This document shows positions 58,270-61,132 of a DNA stretch of 61,132 bases, one piece after another; positions within the stretch are counted from its first letter, which is position 1, and each line of letters starts with the position of its first letter. The stretch comes from Candidatus Aenigmatarchaeota archaeon (lineage in GTDB: Archaea; Aenigmatarchaeota; Aenigmatarchaeia; GW2011-AR5; JAHLMP01): the NCBI GenBank assembly GCA_039091735.1, contig JAWCLB010000003.1, positions 1,295 through 62,426 on the forward strand. The letters are read 5' to 3'. The notes under the pieces are model-generated. The model saw only the letters and a list, made by a program, of their open reading frames with translations, had not been told where the DNA came from and searched no databases. A program made the translations under genes and the position numbers.

Positions 58270-58788
58270 TAATAAATGAGCTATTTTAGATGGCTTTGCT
58301 TGCCCAAGTACATCATGCAGTATGGCTCTTACTTCTCTCAGTCTTTTCTCTTCAAACTCAAGATGCTTCTTGAGCCGTTTTTTGTTTGTTGATGAAGAAG
58401 AACAAATAGGCAGCATTCAATAATTTTTGGTCTGTGAATACGAGCCCTTCTAGATTCTTGTTAGAAAAATTTGGGTGCATGCCTATAATAAAAAAGAGTT
58501 TTGGATTCAAGTATGAGAACTCTTTCCAAAACCAATGATTAGCGCACTCAATTAGTGGAGGAATATCTCCCTTCCTATTTTTGCCAGGAAAGGCAATGAC
58601 CAATTGCTTTGATGTAAATCAGTTGGATTGTAAAAAATTTCCTTTAGAAGATTGTACCACTTTAACAATTGCTTACTACTTGTATCAGGCTCATCTCTGC
58701 TTTTTGATAATGATTTGCGAAACATACTTGCATGCAAAGATGTTGCCTGACCTACTTGAAGAATTTTTTGCATTTTGATTTCCTCCAA
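58270..58788 (-). pseudogene. Frameshifted gene remnant, weakly uracil-DNA-glycosylase (family 4)-like
   Basis: Three successive overlapping minus-strand ORFs in different frames (58552-58788, 58358-58603, 58219-58416). The segment IECANHWFWKEFSYLNPKLFFIIG resembles the UDG4 C..(F/W)L....I...NP..IV.LG block. Confidence 0.35.
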
Positions 58789-58878
58789 AAAGGTTTGATC
58801 GGATTTAAGCCTTAATACCTCTTTCCAATATCTTCATTTTCTTAACTTATTTTGAAATTCTTCAAATTCCATTAATCT

Positions 58879-59373
58879 CTACAAATAATGCACCTTACTC
58901 TCATCAAATTCATTCTCGCTGTGCTTCTCCTTCTTTTCTGCAGGATATCCTATTGGCATCATGCAAAGAATTCTCAAATCCCTCGGAATCTTCGTAATAT
59001 TTTTAACATACTCTTCCCTTTCAGTATTTTCATCCATCACTTGACAGAAGCATGTGCCCAGGCCTTGATTAGTAGCTTCAAGGTAAATGTTCTCAGCAGC
59101 AATAGCACAATCTTCTACCCAGCGCTTCGTTGGCTTTGCAGCAATTATTATAACTACAGGAGCATCCTTAACAAAGCTACACCAAGGTGTTGTTCTTGAG
59201 AGCTTTTCTTTAATCCCTTTATCCCTTACAATAAAGAATTCCCATGGTCTCAGATGCATTGCTGAAGGAGAATACATAGCAGCCTTCAGAATTTCTTTAA
59301 TCTTTTTCTCTTCCACCTCTCTAATCTCAAACTTTCTTATGCTTCTTCTTTTTTCTATCACATCGAGAACCAA
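58879..59373 (-). CDS. Nitroreductase-family protein
   Basis: 164 aa. RRSIRKF near the N-terminus and the usual small NADH-oxidase/nitroreductase layout. Confidence 0.85.
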   Translation of the reverse strand: MVLDVIEKRRSIRKFEIREVEEKKIKEILKAAMYSPSAMHLRPWEFFIVRDKGIKEKLSRTTPWCSFVKDAPVVIIIAAKPTKRWVEDCAIAAENIYLEATNQGLGTCFCQVMDENTEREEYVKNITKIPRDLRILCMMPIGYPAEKKEKHSENEFDESKVHYL

Positions 59374-59379
59374 GCTTTA

Positions 59380-59610
59380 TCACCTCTTCTCGAAGTTTAT
59401 CTCATACAATGCCCATGCCCAAATCACAGCCTCAAACGCCCTTATCAAGTCCCCTCTCTTTAAAAAATATTCAGAATCTTTAATATAAGCGTTGATATTA
59501 GCAAGCGTTTTCTTTTCCTCCTCACTTAATGATTTAATCTCTTTGATTTTAGCCTCTATTCTATTTTTCCATTTATTTGTTTCCTCTATTAATTGTTTTT
59601 CTATTGACAT
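59380..59610 (-). CDS. DUF357-like small protein
   Basis: 76 aa. YIKDSEYFLKRGDLIRAFEAVIWAWALYEI. Overlaps the serS stop. Confidence 0.5.
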   Translation of the reverse strand: MSIEKQLIEETNKWKNRIEAKIKEIKSLSEEEKKTLANINAYIKDSEYFLKRGDLIRAFEAVIWAWALYEINFEKR

Positions 59611-60875
59611 CTTATTTCAATTTTCTTTATCCCATTCATGTAAGGATGCAAAACCTTTGGTATTAATACAGAGCCGTCCTTTTGCTGGTATTGCTCTATT
59701 ATGGCAAGCATTGTCCTGCTTGTTGCAAGTGCTGTATTGTTCAGCGTGTGCACAAAGCCTTTGGGTGCTTGCCCATCTTTTTCTCTATATCTTATATTTA
59801 GCCTTCTTGCCTGATAATCTGTGCAGTTAGAATTAGAGCCTATCTCCCTAAATTCGCCGTCTGCCATCCATACTTCTATATCATATTTCTTGGCTGCAAA
59901 GTCTCCAATATCGCTTGTACAAACATTAACAACTCTATAGTGCAATCCTAAATCTTGATATATCTCTTCAGCATTTTTTTGAAGCTCTTCGTGCAACTCC
60001 CAGCTCTGGTTAGGTAAGCAGAAAATAAACTGTTCTACTTTATGGAATTGGTGCATCCTAAAAAGCCCTTTTGTGTATTTTCCGTGAGCACCTACTTCTC
60101 TTCTGAAACATGGGCTCACACCAACAAATTTTATTGGCAGTTTCGATGCAAGTAAAACCTCATCCATGAACATCGCTGCTATTGGATGTTCTGCTGTTGC
60201 TATCATATATAAATCTTCATTATCTATTTTATAAAGTTGCTCCTCAAAGAATGTAATATCAGTTGCTCCTTCGTGTGCTTTTCTGTTCATCATATATGGT
60301 GGTATAATCAAAGAATATCCCTTCCTCATCAACTTATCTACAGCGAATCTTATCAGTGCCATATCAAGCAGGGCAAGCTCGCCTCTTATGTAAAAAAACC
60401 CCCTTCCTGCTACTTTTGCACCACGTTCCCCATCTATTAAATTTTGCATTATTTCTAAATGATTCTTTGGTTGAAAATCAAACTTTGGCGCAGAACCAAA
60501 TCTTCTTATTTCAACGTTCTCATCTCCGACTGGTACGCTGTCATCAAGCATGTTTGGTAAAAGCATCAAAATATTGTCGCATCTATTATTCATTTTTTTA
60601 AGCTTCTCGTCAAGTTTTTTTATCATTTCTGTAATTTTTTCAACTTCCCTTATTTCTCTCTTTATATCTTTTTTGCTTTCCTTAAGTTCAGCGATTTTAT
60701 TTGTTAGAATATTCTTGTTGTGTTTCAGGTTTTCAACATCCCTCTTAATTTCCCTTCTTTCTTTGTCTAATGAAATTAGCTCATGAAGCAACTTTATCTT
60801 TTCACTAACTCCACGTTTTTCTAAATTCCTTTCTACAACATCTGGATTTTCTCTTATGAGTTTTATGTCAAGCAT
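59601..60875 (-). CDS. serS: Seryl-tRNA synthetase
   Basis: 424 aa. N-terminal coiled-coil arm (MLDIKLIRENPDVVERNLEKRG), class II motifs, SNCTDYQARRLNIRY. Confidence 0.93.
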   Translation of the reverse strand: MLDIKLIRENPDVVERNLEKRGVSEKIKLLHELISLDKERREIKRDVENLKHNKNILTNKIAELKESKKDIKREIREVEKITEMIKKLDEKLKKMNNRCDNILMLLPNMLDDSVPVGDENVEIRRFGSAPKFDFQPKNHLEIMQNLIDGERGAKVAGRGFFYIRGELALLDMALIRFAVDKLMRKGYSLIIPPYMMNRKAHEGATDITFFEEQLYKIDNEDLYMIATAEHPIAAMFMDEVLLASKLPIKFVGVSPCFRREVGAHGKYTKGLFRMHQFHKVEQFIFCLPNQSWELHEELQKNAEEIYQDLGLHYRVVNVCTSDIGDFAAKKYDIEVWMADGEFREIGSNSNCTDYQARRLNIRYREKDGQAPKGFVHTLNNTALATSRTMLAIIEQYQQKDGSVLIPKVLHPYMNGIKKIEIRCQ

Positions 60876-61045
60876 GTTTTTGTCACTTAATCCTATTTAA
60901 TTAAAATGTTTTTTAAGCTTTTGTGTCTTGATTGAGAATACTTCGCCATGACTTACAATATTTATTGCATATAGTGAAAAAGTATTTTTTAGTTTGTTTT
61001 CCAATCTTCAGAACTTTTTTTGGTATGCAAATGAAATTTATTACA

Positions 61046-61132
61046 TTAGTAATATCTTATCCAAGTCTCTGGTATGCCATCTCCGTTCAAATCATCACAA
61101 AAGCCTTTTTTCAAGTCCCTGCACCAGCCAGA
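61046..61132 (-). CDS. C-terminal 28 codons of a gene that starts beyond the window
   Basis: Open from the window edge to the TAA at 61048-61046. Encodes ...SGWCRDLKKGFCDDLNGDGIPETWIRYY. Too short to classify. Confidence 0.3.
   Translation of the reverse strand, partial: SGWCRDLKKGFCDDLNGDGIPETWIRYY

Overview
AT-rich, gene-dense archaeal chromosome segment. My hand counts give about 25-40% G+C for ordinary 60-nt lines. Archaeal identity is clear: an rpoH-rpoB-rpoA'-rpoA'' operon with unsplit B, MCM, FEN-1, Mre11/Rad50, GatE, diphthine synthase, uL15/eL43/eL21, RpoP/RpoF, prefoldin beta, a class-III-signal pilin, and tRNA introns with bulge-helix-bulge (BHB) geometry. Scattered informational genes, small proteins and heavily interrupted tRNAs suggest a small-genome DPANN-like lineage; this is inference, since no search was possible. 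Most of the window is housekeeping. The observations most worth follow-up: (1) A circularly permuted tRNA-Ile(GAU) gene at 53.69-53.84 kb. Its 3' segment precedes its 5' segment, its leader and trailer form a textbook hBHBh' motif that restores the anticodon stem at 30/31, and it carries an extra 59/60 T-loop intron. It sits in a five-tRNA cluster in which four genes are interrupted. (2) A roughly 1.8 kb island at 8.2-10.0 kb, reaching about 50% G+C in its right half, between pilC-like genes and rpoA''. It holds two diverged paralogous membrane-anchored proteins preceded by near-identical 97-bp repeats. (3) A co-oriented V4R / UbiA / GGR-like / UbiA cluster with a scrambled duplicate remnant, plus a Tes-like radical SAM enzyme elsewhere in the window. 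(4) A Cys-rich protein whose C-terminus matches the somatomedin-B cysteine signature. (5) A 58-aa alpha3-truncated histone-fold protein. (6) Two small CRISPR-like direct-repeat sets with no cas genes in view. There are also several decayed or frameshifted gene remnants and short local partial duplications. No rRNA, transposase, integrase or cas gene was recognised. All protein family calls rest on motifs read by eye and need HMM/BLAST confirmation.
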